Notes: generated by a model not told the origin, from the letters alone. Counted from the first letter of the stretch, positions 37,201 through 47,779 are shown. The stretch: 64,000 nucleotides of DNA from Nitrospinales bacterium (GCA_965223345.1 CBDCWG010000012.1:224001-288000), one strand, 5' to 3'. Translations and numbers: made by a program.

Positions 37201-37746
37201 TCACTGCGCTTCGCTGTAAAGCGAGACCAGCCGCCGGTCGATGAAATCGAAGCGTTCGTCGCGCACGTGAAACTGCTCCTTGTTGAGGTCTCCGTGCACG
37301 GCGGAATAATCGAGGTTGGCGGGATTGCGCTTGATCATGCAGGCGAAGGTGACGCTCTCGGGTTTTTCCTCGATCTCGAGATAATCCACCGCGCGCATGA
37401 ACGTGGATCCGGTGGTGACGATGTCGTCCACGATCAGCCAGTGCGTGTCGGGGGAACGCGCGGGCGTGACCAGCTGCTCCAGGTCGATGCGTTTTTTCGG
37501 CATGATCTGAAACGGCAGGTTCATGAGCCTGGATAGCTGATAGCCGATGCGGATCCCTTCGGTCTCCGCCCCGACCACCACGTCCAGCTTGCCGTGTTGT
37601 TGTTCCCATTGATTCAGCTTGTGCAGCAGCATTTCGCAGTAGGCGGCGTTCATGCTGTCGGACACGGACGCGTAGTCGTAGTCGTAGCTGGATTTGACCC
37701 CGGTGTCCAGGGTGAACTGGCCGCGCTTGATGATTCGTGAAAACAT
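37201..37746 (-). CDS. Type I phosphoribosyltransferase, PyrE-like but divergent
   Basis: PRPP loop LIVDDIVTTGST; N-terminal GQFTLDTGVKSSYDYD; GGAG RBS before ATG 37746. Confidence 0.8.
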   Translation of the reverse strand: MFSRIIKRGQFTLDTGVKSSYDYDYASVSDSMNAAYCEMLLHKLNQWEQQHGKLDVVVGAETEGIRIGYQLSRLMNLPFQIMPKKRIDLEQLVTPARSPDTHWLIVDDIVTTGSTFMRAVDYLEIEEKPESVTFACMIKRNPANLDYSAVHGDLNKEQFHVRDERFDFIDRRLVSLYSEAQ

Positions 37747-37832
37747 CGAAACTCCCTCTCCTCTCCGCAAAATCGCAAAAACAACCCATCCCGCAACGCG
37801 CCTGATTGAGACCCCTGAGATGAGGGTTTTAT

Positions 37833-38501
37833 TCAGGTCGGCTCGGGCCAGCCGTATTTTCCGACCAGCGGCACGAATTTGCAACCCCCGATTTCCCGGG
37901 TGGTGATCTTGCCGTTTTCCTTGATCAGCAGCTTGAGGGACTGTTTTTCCAGGCCGCCCACCGGAACCACCAGGCGGCCGTTGTCGCCGAGCTGGCCGAT
38001 CAGCATTTCGGGGATGGACGGCGTCGAGGCGGTGATGAGGATGGCGTCGAAGGGGGCCTGGTCCGGCCAGCCGTAGGTGCCGTCGAACACCTTGAACACG
38101 ATGTTGTTGATGTAATTGAGCTGTTCGAGCAGGATGCGGGCTTTCTGCGCGAGGCTGCGGATGCGCTCGATGGTGAACACCTGGCCGCAGAGTTCGGCAA
38201 GCAAGGCCGTCTGGTAGCCGGAACCGGTGCCGATTTCCAGCACCTTGTCGGTCTCCTTGAGATTGAGCGCTTCGGTCATCGCCGCCACCACATAGGGCTG
38301 GGAGATGGTCTGGTTTTCTCCGATGGGCAGCGGGCAGTCGCCGTAGGCCCGGTGCTGCAGCGGTTCGTGCACGAACAGATGCCGGGGGATGCGGTTCATC
38401 GCTTCCATGATGCGAAGATCGGTGACGCCCCGGTTGACGAGCTGCTCTTCCACCATCTTGCGTCTTTGTCCCTCGTACAACCGTGTTTCCAGCATGGTCA
38501 T
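37833..38501 (-). CDS. pcm: Protein-L-isoaspartate O-methyltransferase
   Basis: IPRHLFV, QTISQPY, VLEIGTGSGYQ, APFDAI, FVPLVG. Confidence 0.96.
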   Translation of the reverse strand: MTMLETRLYEGQRRKMVEEQLVNRGVTDLRIMEAMNRIPRHLFVHEPLQHRAYGDCPLPIGENQTISQPYVVAAMTEALNLKETDKVLEIGTGSGYQTALLAELCGQVFTIERIRSLAQKARILLEQLNYINNIVFKVFDGTYGWPDQAPFDAILITASTPSIPEMLIGQLGDNGRLVVPVGGLEKQSLKLLIKENGKITTREIGGCKFVPLVGKYGWPEPT

Positions 38502-38695
38502 CCTGTCCTTGTCATTTTTTCGGGTTCGGCGCTCGGGCGCAATACGGCTGTCAAATGCGATCGCCGCGGTTCACTGTTGCGCCATTGGAAACGTTTTTTA
38601 TCGTGGAGCATGGTGCCACTCGGGATGGGTGTGCTGACAGGAACCGGTCAAAAGACCGTTCCGGTGAGGATCGGGAGGATCACCGGCGGGGTCCG

Positions 38696-39013
38696 TCAGT
38701 TCAGGGGGGTCATTCTGTCGGAATCGGACCGCTTTGATGGAATCATGGAAAACGAATTGACTCCAAAATCAGAACTCGGCAAGGATTCCAGCTTTTTCGG
38801 GTTCTGGTAAAAGATCAGGTCCCAGCGGTCGTCCCACTCGTCGTACTTGAGCAGGTAGATGTTGTCGTCATCGGCGCGCACTTTGAAGTAACTGGCCTCT
38901 TCACCGTACCAACGGTCGATGATGTCGTTCACAACGTAACGCCGGTCCATGAGGCTGAAGGCGATGGGCCTCTCGTTTAGCTTATAGCCTGAAAAGCATT
39001 CCACCTTAAGCAT
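38696..39013 (-). CDS. Conserved hypothetical protein, 105 aa
   Basis: VECFSGYK..ERP..F...IIDRWY...YFKVRADD..IYLLKYD....W, a small beta-rich pattern. Confidence 0.8.
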   Translation of the reverse strand: MLKVECFSGYKLNERPIAFSLMDRRYVVNDIIDRWYGEEASYFKVRADDDNIYLLKYDEWDDRWDLIFYQNPKKLESLPSSDFGVNSFSMIPSKRSDSDRMTPLN

Positions 39014-39220
39014 AAGTGTATGTTATGACGAACCCTTGAAAAAGTAAACTATTTTTTGACTCGTTGAAATGGATGCCTTTATAATTTTTAGTTCCACTTC
39101 GTCTTCACTTTGACCGAGTCGATTGTTTGTGCAAGTACGGGCAACTCGTGCGCGGAACCGGGTTCCTGACGACGATTTCCGCAACTCAACGCAACCTCCA
39201 CCCTGGATTTTAAAGCGAGC

Positions 39221-40081
39221 ATGCTGCAACCGGAAAACAGCCGCATCGAGGCCCATCTCCAGTCTTTGATCGGGGAGCGCAACCCGCTCAGCACCCCGCA
39301 AACACTGGCTGAGGCGGCCCGCACCGTTTTCCGGCATTTCGACTCTCTGGGCCTCGATGTGCGCGAAGAGTTCGTGCCGTTCGAGGGCGGCGATTCGTGC
39401 AATGTGCTCGGTCTGAAGGCGGGCACCGGCGCCGAATCCCCTCCGTTTATTTTAGCTGCCCATTTTGACACGGTTGAGAAAAGTCCCGGCGCCGACGACA
39501 ACGCCAGCGCGGTGGCGGCGCTGTTGGAGACCGCGTATTGCCTCAAAGAGGTTCCACTGCGTTCGCCTTTGCTGTTCGCGGGTTTCACGCTGGAAGAATA
39601 CGGCTTCGTCGGCAGTTCGCATTTTCTGTCGCAGGCCACTCAACACGGCGAGACGTTTCCCGGCATGATCTCTCTGGAAATGGTGGGCTACCGCGACCGC
39701 AGCCCCGGTTCGCAGACCTACCCGCCCTACATCAACCCTTCGCAGTATCCCGACACTGGGGATTTTATCGCCGTGGTGGGCAACGAACCTTCGGCGACCC
39801 TCACGCATGCCATTGCGGACGGCATGCAGCGTTCCTGCAAAGACCTCAAGGTCGAACGGCTGGTGGTGCCGGGGCGCGGCGACCGGTTCCGCGAGGTGAC
39901 GCTCAGCGACCACTCGCCTTTCTGGGAAAACGGAACCCCGGCGGTGATGGTGACGGACACGGCTTTTTTAAGAAACCCCCATTATCATCAGCCAACTGAT
40001 ACAATAGAAACCCTGGACGTTGATTTTATTCGAGAAACAACTCAGGGAATCCTGGGATTCCTGGTGCAGCACCTTGGCTGA
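39221..40081 (+). CDS. M28 family metallopeptidase
   Basis: AHFDT, GADDNASAVA, LEEYG, LEMVG, SDHSPFW, NPHYHQPTD. Confidence 0.92.
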   Translation: MLQPENSRIEAHLQSLIGERNPLSTPQTLAEAARTVFRHFDSLGLDVREEFVPFEGGDSCNVLGLKAGTGAESPPFILAAHFDTVEKSPGADDNASAVAALLETAYCLKEVPLRSPLLFAGFTLEEYGFVGSSHFLSQATQHGETFPGMISLEMVGYRDRSPGSQTYPPYINPSQYPDTGDFIAVVGNEPSATLTHAIADGMQRSCKDLKVERLVVPGRGDRFREVTLSDHSPFWENGTPAVMVTDTAFLRNPHYHQPTDTIETLDVDFIRETTQGILGFLVQHLG

Positions 40082-40115
40082 AAACCGGTCCGAACCGTAT
40101 TAAGGTTTCTATGCG

Positions 40116-43100
40116 ATGAAATCCAACAAAGTCCGCAAGGAGATCCTGGAAGAAATCGCCGCCCTCGAAGCGGAAACGGCCGCAAACGATCCCGCGCCCG
40201 AGGAACCGCCTCCCGCACCGGCGAAGAAAAAATCGTTTCTTGGGCGTCTGGTGCGTTTCTTCCTGTGGACGTTCCTGGTGCTGGTGCTGCTTCTCGTGGC
40301 AGGCGGCATCGCGCTCAGCTATTTTTTTCCCTCCGAAAAAATCCGCCCGATCGCCGAAGAGGAACTCACGAAAATCCTGCGCATGCCGGTGTCGATCGAG
40401 TCGGTGGACCTCAGCCTGCTGAGCGGGCTGAACGTGCAGGGGCTGGTGCTCGGTGAAGACAAGCCGCTGTTCACACTCGACGCATTGATCCTCGATTACG
40501 ATCTCACCCAGCTTCTGCAGGGCCGCCTGATCATCAATCAGGTGATGGTGGACCGGCCGGACATCTATCTCGAATCGGTGGACGGCGTGTGGAACTTCCA
40601 GCCGATCCTCGAAGGCAAAGACGCGGCCCCCGAGCCCGAGAAACCGAGCGAGCCGGGTGAAATCACCGTGCTGCCGGTCGGTGTCGATCTCAAACAGTTT
40701 CTGATCCGCAACGTCCGCCTCGTCGTGAACCAGGACGGCCACACGCAGGCCCGCATCGAGGGGCTCAACGTCGAAGCGCAGGGCAAGGTCACCGAGGCGG
40801 AAGTGGATGTGAACGTGCGGCTGCACCTCGGCGCCGCGCCGGGAGCGGGTTCGCAACCGAACCTTGTGGTCACTTCCACGCAGGAGCCGGGTATCGACGT
40901 GAAGACGCTGGCGCAAACCGATCTGAGATTGACGGCGAACGATCTCAACCGGCTGAATCTGAAAGGCAGCTTCGGCCTGGCGGACAGCGCCGTCAAGGTG
41001 GGCGAGGTGCTGCCGGCTCCCGATTTCAACGGTAACATCGAACTCAGCGTCGATCACAAAGCGCAGACGCTGTCGCTCCCCAGTCTCAACCTCGCCATCG
41101 CCGAGCGCAACCGCATCCGCCTTTCCGCGCACGCGGAAAAGATCCTCACCGGCCCGGATTTTTCGCTGACGCTCAAACAGTTTCTCCTGCATCTCGAGGA
41201 TGCGATCGCCTGGGCGGGAAACAAGATCCCGCCGGTGGAGGCCACGGGCACGCTGAAAGTGACCGGGCTGAAAGCGATGGGCATGCTGCCGGATTTCAAA
41301 CCGGATACGCTGATGGTCCAGGGCGGCACGGTCGAGCTCGACGGGGTCGCGGCGAAACACGCACCGGCCAAGGCGGAAGTGGCCGGCCTCGACGCGCAGA
41401 TCCGCATCGGCAACGCGCTGGTCAAGCAGGGCGTCCCGCAAAGCGCCGCCGCCGACGTGTCCATTCAGATGCAGCGCGCGCAGCTTCCGGACTATCGCAT
41501 CGAGGGACTGAAAAACACGCTGACGCTGGAAGCGAAAGGCGCGAACCTGCCGCAGGCGAGTTTCACCCTCGACCTGTCGGCCGATGCGGTCACCGCGTCG
41601 CCGCCGGATGTGGGAACCGTGAAAACGCCGCTTGCGGTCAAAGGATCGGGGGCGGGAAACATCCAGGCGGGCAACCTCGATGCGCTGACGCTCGCCTATT
41701 CGGCGGGAACGGCGGTGAACGGCACGGTCTCGGGACAGGTGCAGGATTTCGGCAAGCGCTCCTTTTCCGTGCAGAAAAATCTCGACCTCGATCTGAAAGC
41801 CGTGCGCGCCCTGCTCCCGCAAACCCTGCTGAAAAAGATCGGCGGCACGGTTTCCGGTGGCGGGATCGCGATCGCCTCGGATCTGAAAGGCAAACTCGAT
41901 GCCGAGTTTCAACCGGTCGCAGTGAAAGGCCGCGCCGATGTCAACCTCAAGGGGGTGGACGCCGCCTGGAACGAACCGCAAGCCAGCGCCAAAGGGCTGT
42001 GGGCGAACGTGGCACTGCCGATCGAGTTCGACAACAAGCGCGGCGTGAAGATCCCGGACCTGAAGCTGCAGTCCAAGTTCGAGCGGGTGCAGGCGCTCGG
42101 CAACTGGACGGTGGGGCCTGCGGAGATCAACACCGATGTTGCGATGCAGGGGCATTACCATCTCGAAAAACCCAAAGGCAAACTGCCGCTCAGCAACCAA
42201 AGCCGGATCCGCATCGGAAAGATTGAATCCCGGGAACCGCAACTTTCCGTCACCGGGTTGAGCGTGGACACGACGTTCAAAGGCGACGTGTACGGCAAGG
42301 ACGTGAAAAACGCTGCGGTGAAGGGCACGGTCGGCATCGAGGATGTGGCGGGATTGAAACAAATCAAAACCGGCAAGATCGGCACGGCGTTTTCGGCGAG
42401 CGTCAACGATCTTTCACTCACAAAGACCCAGGCTACCGTCCGGGTCACGGTGGACGCACCCACCGGGAAAACCGTGGAAGGGCAGGTTCCTCTGGGGCCG
42501 CTGACGTTTGAGAGCGACACGCGGCAGAACCTGAAACAGGGCGATGTGAACATCAAAAAGCTCGTCCTCAACGCACCGGCGCTGGTGGACCTCGACGTTG
42601 AGGGCACGGTCAAAAACTGGGGCCAGAAATTCGACGTGCGTTCCAAAGTCCAGCAGGCGCATCTGAAGGCTCTATTGGAAAAAGTGCCGCAGCAATTCCT
42701 CAAAGGGTTTGAAGACGTGCGCGTCGAGGGCACCGCGAGTTTGGGATTGAACGCGAAAGGCGAGCTGCCGGAATCCTTCAAACTGGCGCCCGAGGGGCTG
42801 CCGGTGACGGCGAAGCTCGCGCTGGGGCTCGCCGATGCGGGCGTCTCCTGGCCGAGTCGCGGGCTCACAGTGGAAAACCTCGTCGTGGTCACCGATGTGG
42901 ATTTTCATAACGGCGACGGCGACGTTTCCGGCACGCTTTCCGCGGACAAGGTGTTTTACAAGGATGCGCTGGGCGCCAGTCACCTGAATCCCAGGTTCGA
43001 CTTCAAGTACGCGCTGCAGGATTTCAACAAGTTCACCATCGATGAGCACACGTTTTCCATCCCCAATCACGGCATCCGGCACACGTTCTCCGGCCGGGTG

Positions 43101-44198
43101 GACGGGCTGAAACCCTTCCTCACCGGTCAGGCCCCGCTGCGCGCGGATGCGCTGGCCAGGCGGCTGGACATCGCGCTCGCCACGCGCAACACGCTGCAAG
43201 CGGAAAAGGCGCTCGCCACCGATTCGGCGGCGGCGTTGTTGCAGAATTTCAAGGCGGACGGCACGCTGCACTCGCTCCTCAACCTCAAACTTTCCGCCGG
43301 CAAAAAGGTCGAGGTGGACGGGACCTTCGAGTTTGAAAAATTCAACACGCAGATCCCCGGCAGCGTGACGGTGAAAAACGTCACCGGGAAGTTCCCGTTC
43401 AACAAGGCGCTGCTGCTTGACAAGAAGTGGGTCCAGCCCCGGCGCAAATCGTTCTCCGCATCGAAAAAAGGCTTCTTCAGCCAGCTGCGCGATTTTTCCC
43501 GTTACAAAAACAACCTGATGATCGATTCGATCGATCTGAAAGGGCAGACGCTCTCCAACATCGGGCTCGACCTTTTGTTCAAGAACAATCAGCTGCGGGC
43601 GGAAAAATTCCTGTTCGACGTTCTGGAAGGATCGGTCGCGGGCAACCTGTTCGTGGTGCAGTCCCAGGAAGGTCCCGAGCTCAACTTCTCCACGGAATTC
43701 GCCGGGCTCAATTTCGGTGCGCTCATCGGGCGCAGCCGCGCGGAGGAGGCGTCGTTCTCCGAGATCGACGGCAACATGCAGTTCGGGCTCAAGGTGCAGC
43801 AGGGATCGGGGCCGCTCTCGCTCGATCAGATCTTATCCAAAGTGGCAATCACCCGCATCGGCGCGGACACGTTCGATAGGGCGCTGTTGTTCCTCGATCC
43901 GGATGAGAGCAAACCCGCCATCGTGGACACGCGGGCGAAACTGAAACTCGCCTCGCCGCACAAACTGCTGGTGACGCTGGAAAACGGCAACCTCAACGCG
44001 GAGGCCTGGCTCAAGAACAAGGTGCTGGGCGATATCATCAAAGCGCCGGAACTCAAACGCATCCCCATCAGCAGCCTCAAGCAATTCCGGGACATCAACG
44101 AGCAGTTGCAGGTCCTCTCCGGGCTGCAGGATGTGCTCAACCTGCTCGCCGCTCAGGGGGTGGAGTTCGATGAAGAAGGCAAGCCGACGTTTTTCTGA
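40116..44198 (+). CDS. Large AsmA-like / bridge-like beta-strand envelope protein, 1360 aa
   Basis: Single N-terminal TM; AsmA/Chorein-N-like segment (LII.QV.VDRP.IYL....GVWNF); long amphipathic beta repeats. Confidence 0.75.
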   Translation: MKSNKVRKEILEEIAALEAETAANDPAPEEPPPAPAKKKSFLGRLVRFFLWTFLVLVLLLVAGGIALSYFFPSEKIRPIAEEELTKILRMPVSIESVDLSLLSGLNVQGLVLGEDKPLFTLDALILDYDLTQLLQGRLIINQVMVDRPDIYLESVDGVWNFQPILEGKDAAPEPEKPSEPGEITVLPVGVDLKQFLIRNVRLVVNQDGHTQARIEGLNVEAQGKVTEAEVDVNVRLHLGAAPGAGSQPNLVVTSTQEPGIDVKTLAQTDLRLTANDLNRLNLKGSFGLADSAVKVGEVLPAPDFNGNIELSVDHKAQTLSLPSLNLAIAERNRIRLSAHAEKILTGPDFSLTLKQFLLHLEDAIAWAGNKIPPVEATGTLKVTGLKAMGMLPDFKPDTLMVQGGTVELDGVAAKHAPAKAEVAGLDAQIRIGNALVKQGVPQSAAADVSIQMQRAQLPDYRIEGLKNTLTLEAKGANLPQASFTLDLSADAVTASPPDVGTVKTPLAVKGSGAGNIQAGNLDALTLAYSAGTAVNGTVSGQVQDFGKRSFSVQKNLDLDLKAVRALLPQTLLKKIGGTVSGGGIAIASDLKGKLDAEFQPVAVKGRADVNLKGVDAAWNEPQASAKGLWANVALPIEFDNKRGVKIPDLKLQSKFERVQALGNWTVGPAEINTDVAMQGHYHLEKPKGKLPLSNQSRIRIGKIESREPQLSVTGLSVDTTFKGDVYGKDVKNAAVKGTVGIEDVAGLKQIKTGKIGTAFSASVNDLSLTKTQATVRVTVDAPTGKTVEGQVPLGPLTFESDTRQNLKQGDVNIKKLVLNAPALVDLDVEGTVKNWGQKFDVRSKVQQAHLKALLEKVPQQFLKGFEDVRVEGTASLGLNAKGELPESFKLAPEGLPVTAKLALGLADAGVSWPSRGLTVENLVVVTDVDFHNGDGDVSGTLSADKVFYKDALGASHLNPRFDFKYALQDFNKFTIDEHTFSIPNHGIRHTFSGRVDGLKPFLTGQAPLRADALARRLDIALATRNTLQAEKALATDSAAALLQNFKADGTLHSLLNLKLSAGKKVEVDGTFEFEKFNTQIPGSVTVKNVTGKFPFNKALLLDKKWVQPRRKSFSASKKGFFSQLRDFSRYKNNLMIDSIDLKGQTLSNIGLDLLFKNNQLRAEKFLFDVLEGSVAGNLFVVQSQEGPELNFSTEFAGLNFGALIGRSRAEEASFSEIDGNMQFGLKVQQGSGPLSLDQILSKVAITRIGADTFDRALLFLDPDESKPAIVDTRAKLKLASPHKLLVTLENGNLNAEAWLKNKVLGDIIKAPELKRIPISSLKQFRDINEQLQVLSGLQDVLNLLAAQGVEFDEEGKPTFF

Positions 44199-44346
44199 AA
44201 GCCCGCGGCGGTTTGTTGCGGAAGCGCGCTCTCATTAAAGCAGGTCCGGGACACGCTGCGCCTTTCCTGTGCCGCAACCGGTGAGACGGCCCGAAAACAG
44301 GGCGTTGCCCCTTTGCGGGAGGGGAATTTCCCGCCCAACCGATTTG

Positions 44347-44375
44347 TTGACTTTGCCAGTGCAGTTTGTTAGCGT
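44347..44375 (+). promoter_or_regulatory. Putative hflK promoter
   Basis: TTGACT-17nt-TAGCGT with an extended TG. Confidence 0.45.
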
Positions 44376-44428
44376 ACCCCCATTGTCAAACGCACATTGA
44401 CTTCAACCGTTTTCACACGATATCCGAT

Positions 44429-45484
44429 ATGGCTTGGGACGATTTACACGAACCGAAAGGACCGGACGACCGTTTTCGCGGTGGCGGAGGAGGAGGCCAG
44501 GAACCCGGCAACCGGCCGCCGTTTGAAATCCCGCAGATCAAGGTCCCCAAATTCAAACCCTCGATGCTTCTCGGCATCGTCATCCTGGTGCTTGTGGTCT
44601 GGATCGTGCCGGGGCTTTTCTATTTTGTCGAGCCGGACGAAGAAGGGGTGGTGACCACCTTCGGCAAGTTTTCCCGCACCACCGGACCGGGCCTGCATTT
44701 CAAGTTCCCCTCGCCCATCGAGCACGCCACGACCCCCAAGGTGCGGCAGGTGCGCCGCGAGGAGATCGGTTTCCGCGCCCCGCCCAACGGCCCCAAACAG
44801 AAGGTTCCGCCGGAATCGCTGATGCTCACCGGCGACCAGAACATCATCGACATCAACCTCGTCGTGCAGTACAAGATCGCCGATTCGGTCGCCTACCTGT
44901 TCAACGTCAAGCGTCCGCGCAAGCTGGTGCGCGACTCCGCGGAAACCGTGATCCGCGGCATCATCGGCAGCCGCAAGATCGACGACGCGCTGACGATTGG
45001 CAAGGCGGACATTCAGATCAAAGCGCAGGAAATGATCCAGGCTCTGCTGGACAAGTACGAATCCGGAATTCAGATCGTCACGGTCCAGTTGCAGGACGTG
45101 GACCCGCCGGAACAGGTGGCTGCCTCATTCAAGGACGTTGTGAGCGCCCGTGAGGACAAGGAACGCATGATCAACGAAGCCCAGGGTTACCGCAACGCGG
45201 TGATTCCGGAGGCAAGAGGTAAGGCGGCGCAGATCGTGCGTGCGGCGGAAGCCTACCGCGAGCAGATCATCCGCGTGTCCGAGGGTGACGTGAACCGGTT
45301 CATCTCGCAGTTCGAAGAGTACAAAAAAGCGCCCGAAATCACCCGGAGACGGATCTACCTGGAGACGATGGAAGAGGTCTTGCCCACCATGCAGAAATTC
45401 CTGATGGGTCAGCAAGGCGGCCAGGGTGTGCTCCCCATTTTGCCTTTGTCAAAAAACCCCGTTCTTCCCGATTCTAGAAAGTAA
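44429..45484 (+). CDS. hflK: FtsH modulator HflK
   Basis: MAWD Gly-rich N-terminus, TM, GVVTTFGK, MLTGDQNI, AQGYRN.VIPEARG, RIYLETME. Confidence 0.96.
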   Translation: MAWDDLHEPKGPDDRFRGGGGGGQEPGNRPPFEIPQIKVPKFKPSMLLGIVILVLVVWIVPGLFYFVEPDEEGVVTTFGKFSRTTGPGLHFKFPSPIEHATTPKVRQVRREEIGFRAPPNGPKQKVPPESLMLTGDQNIIDINLVVQYKIADSVAYLFNVKRPRKLVRDSAETVIRGIIGSRKIDDALTIGKADIQIKAQEMIQALLDKYESGIQIVTVQLQDVDPPEQVAASFKDVVSAREDKERMINEAQGYRNAVIPEARGKAAQIVRAAEAYREQIIRVSEGDVNRFISQFEEYKKAPEITRRRIYLETMEEVLPTMQKFLMGQQGGQGVLPILPLSKNPVLPDSRK

Positions 45485-45493
45485 TCTCATCCT

Positions 45494-46345
45494 ATGAAGC
45501 AGAATGTCGTCATCATCCTGGGCATTATCGTTATCGTTCTGGCCTCGTCCACGATGTTCATGGTCCACATGACGCAGAGCGCCATCGTTCTGCAGTTGCA
45601 AAAACCGATCAAGACCATCTCGACGCCGGGGCTCAATTTCAAGATCCCGTTCATGCAGCAGGTGCGCTATTTTTCCAACCAGCTTCTGGACCGCGACTCG
45701 CCGCCGGCGGAGGTCATCACCAAGGACAAGAAAAACCTGCTGATCGACAATTTCACCGTGTGGCGCATTGTCGATCCGTTGCGCTTTCTGGAAACGGTGC
45801 GCGACGAGCGCGGTGCGGAACTGCGGCTGGACGACATCCTGTATTCGGAGCTGCGGGTGGAAATCGGTACGCACGATCTGGTGGACATCGTCACCGAAAC
45901 CCGCGAGGACATCATGGCCAAGGTTTCCAAGGAAGCCAACCGCAAGGCGGCGGAATACGGCATCGAAGTGGTGGAGGTGAGGATCAAGCGCACCGACCTG
46001 CCGCCCGAGATCGCCAATTCCATCTACAACCGTATGCGCACCGAGCGCGAGCGGATCGCCAAGGAATACCGTTCGGAAGGAAAAGAGGAGGCGACGAAGA
46101 TCCGCGCGGAAACCGACAAGGAACGAACCATCCTGATCGCCGAGGCGTACAAAACCGAACAGGCGGTGCGCGGTGAAGGCGATGCGAAGTCGATCAAGAT
46201 CTACGCGGACGCGTTTGAAAAAGACCCCGGTTTTTATTCCTTCATTCGCTCCATGGAAGCCTACAAAAACTCCTTGAAAACCGACACGACGATTCTTCTT
46301 TCGGAAGATTCGGATTTTCTCAAGTTTCTGAACAAACCGAAATGA
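45494..46345 (+). CDS. hflC: FtsH modulator HflC
   Basis: PGLNFKIPF, TKDKKNL, WRIVDP, RIKRTDLP, RMRTER, FYSFIRSMEAY. Confidence 0.96.
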   Translation: MKQNVVIILGIIVIVLASSTMFMVHMTQSAIVLQLQKPIKTISTPGLNFKIPFMQQVRYFSNQLLDRDSPPAEVITKDKKNLLIDNFTVWRIVDPLRFLETVRDERGAELRLDDILYSELRVEIGTHDLVDIVTETREDIMAKVSKEANRKAAEYGIEVVEVRIKRTDLPPEIANSIYNRMRTERERIAKEYRSEGKEEATKIRAETDKERTILIAEAYKTEQAVRGEGDAKSIKIYADAFEKDPGFYSFIRSMEAYKNSLKTDTTILLSEDSDFLKFLNKPK

Positions 46346-46414
46346 TCTCCCGTCCCCGGGATCCTTCCCGGAAAGCCGCTGTCCCGGGGGCAGCCAATCG
46401 GATTTGACCGCATC

Positions 46415-47779
46415 ATGAAAATTCTCATCGTCGGCGCGGGCGTCGTGGGCTTCAACCTGGCCCAGGAGCTTTCCAAGGAAGGCCACGACATCGCCATCAT
46501 CGACCAGCACACAGAAAAAATCCGCAGGATCGCCGACACCCTCGACGTTCTCTCGATCCGTGGCAACGCCTGCCTGCCCAGCGTGCTGTTGCAGGCCGGC
46601 ATCGAATCGATGGAAATGGTGATCTCCGTCACCGACAAGGACGAGATCAACCTGCTCGTCTGCTTCCTCGCCTCCAAATTCAATGTGCAAAAACGTTTCG
46701 CCCGCCTGCGTTACGAGGAATTCTCCAATCCGGACTCGATCATCAAAACCGAAGATCTGTGCGTGGACCAGGCCATCAATCCGGGGCGGATCATCGTGGA
46801 CACCATCACGAAAATCATCAGCACGCCGGGCGTGGTCAATGTGGCGGAGTTTGCCGAAGGAGCCGTGCTGCTGCGCGAGTTCGACGTGCCGGAAAACGCG
46901 CCGCTCGCCGGCAAGAAGATCCAGGAACTCGGCGAGGTTTCCGCCCTGGATTCGTTTCTCATCGTCGCCATCGTGCGGCAGGGAAAACTGGTCATTCCCC
47001 GTGCCGAGGACGTCATTCAGGCGGGCGACAAGATCTACACCATCGTCGACAAGGCCTTCCTGCCGTTCCTGCTTCCCATGCTCAACAAAACCCTGGAGGA
47101 AGTGCAAACGGTGGTGATTTACGGCGCCAACCGGGTTTCCATCAATCTGGCGAAGGTGCTGGGCGATACGATTCCCAACCTGTACATCATTGAGCCGTCG
47201 CGGGAAAAAGCCAACCAGGCGGCCGAACTGCTTTCCCGCTGCGTGGTGCACCACGGCAGCGGCACGGACATGAACCTGTTCAACGATGTCAACATGCGCG
47301 ATGCGGATTTTTTTCTCTCGCTCTCGCAGGACGACGAGTCGAACATCCTGTCCGCGCTGCTGGCCAAGAAAAACGGCGCGAAGCGGGCGCTGGTGATCAC
47401 GCACGATCCGGAGTACCTGCCGATCCTCGATTCCATCGGCATGGACGTGACCATCAACCCGCGGCTGATCACCGTCAGCGCCATTTTGAAACATCTGCGC
47501 AAAGGCCGGGTGATGTCGGTGTTCAAACTGATCGAGGATGCGGAGGTCATCGAGATCGGCATCGATTCGAAATCCGCGGTGATCGGCAAACCGATCTCCA
47601 AGGTGAAGTTTCCCCAGGATGCGATGATCGGCGCGATCCTGCGCAAAGGCGACATGATCGTGCCCAACGGAGACATCCAGTTCGAACAGGGGGATTCGGT
47701 CGTGGTGGTCGCGCTGCCGCAGGCCATCGATAAAATCGAAAAAATCTTCGGCGCCAAAAGAAACTTCCTGCCCTTCTGA
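46415..47779 (+). CDS. trkA: Trk K+ transport NAD-binding subunit
   Basis: MKILIVGAGVVG; two RCK N/C domain pairs; DESNIL. Confidence 0.95.
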   Translation: MKILIVGAGVVGFNLAQELSKEGHDIAIIDQHTEKIRRIADTLDVLSIRGNACLPSVLLQAGIESMEMVISVTDKDEINLLVCFLASKFNVQKRFARLRYEEFSNPDSIIKTEDLCVDQAINPGRIIVDTITKIISTPGVVNVAEFAEGAVLLREFDVPENAPLAGKKIQELGEVSALDSFLIVAIVRQGKLVIPRAEDVIQAGDKIYTIVDKAFLPFLLPMLNKTLEEVQTVVIYGANRVSINLAKVLGDTIPNLYIIEPSREKANQAAELLSRCVVHHGSGTDMNLFNDVNMRDADFFLSLSQDDESNILSALLAKKNGAKRALVITHDPEYLPILDSIGMDVTINPRLITVSAILKHLRKGRVMSVFKLIEDAEVIEIGIDSKSAVIGKPISKVKFPQDAMIGAILRKGDMIVPNGDIQFEQGDSVVVVALPQAIDKIEKIFGAKRNFLPF

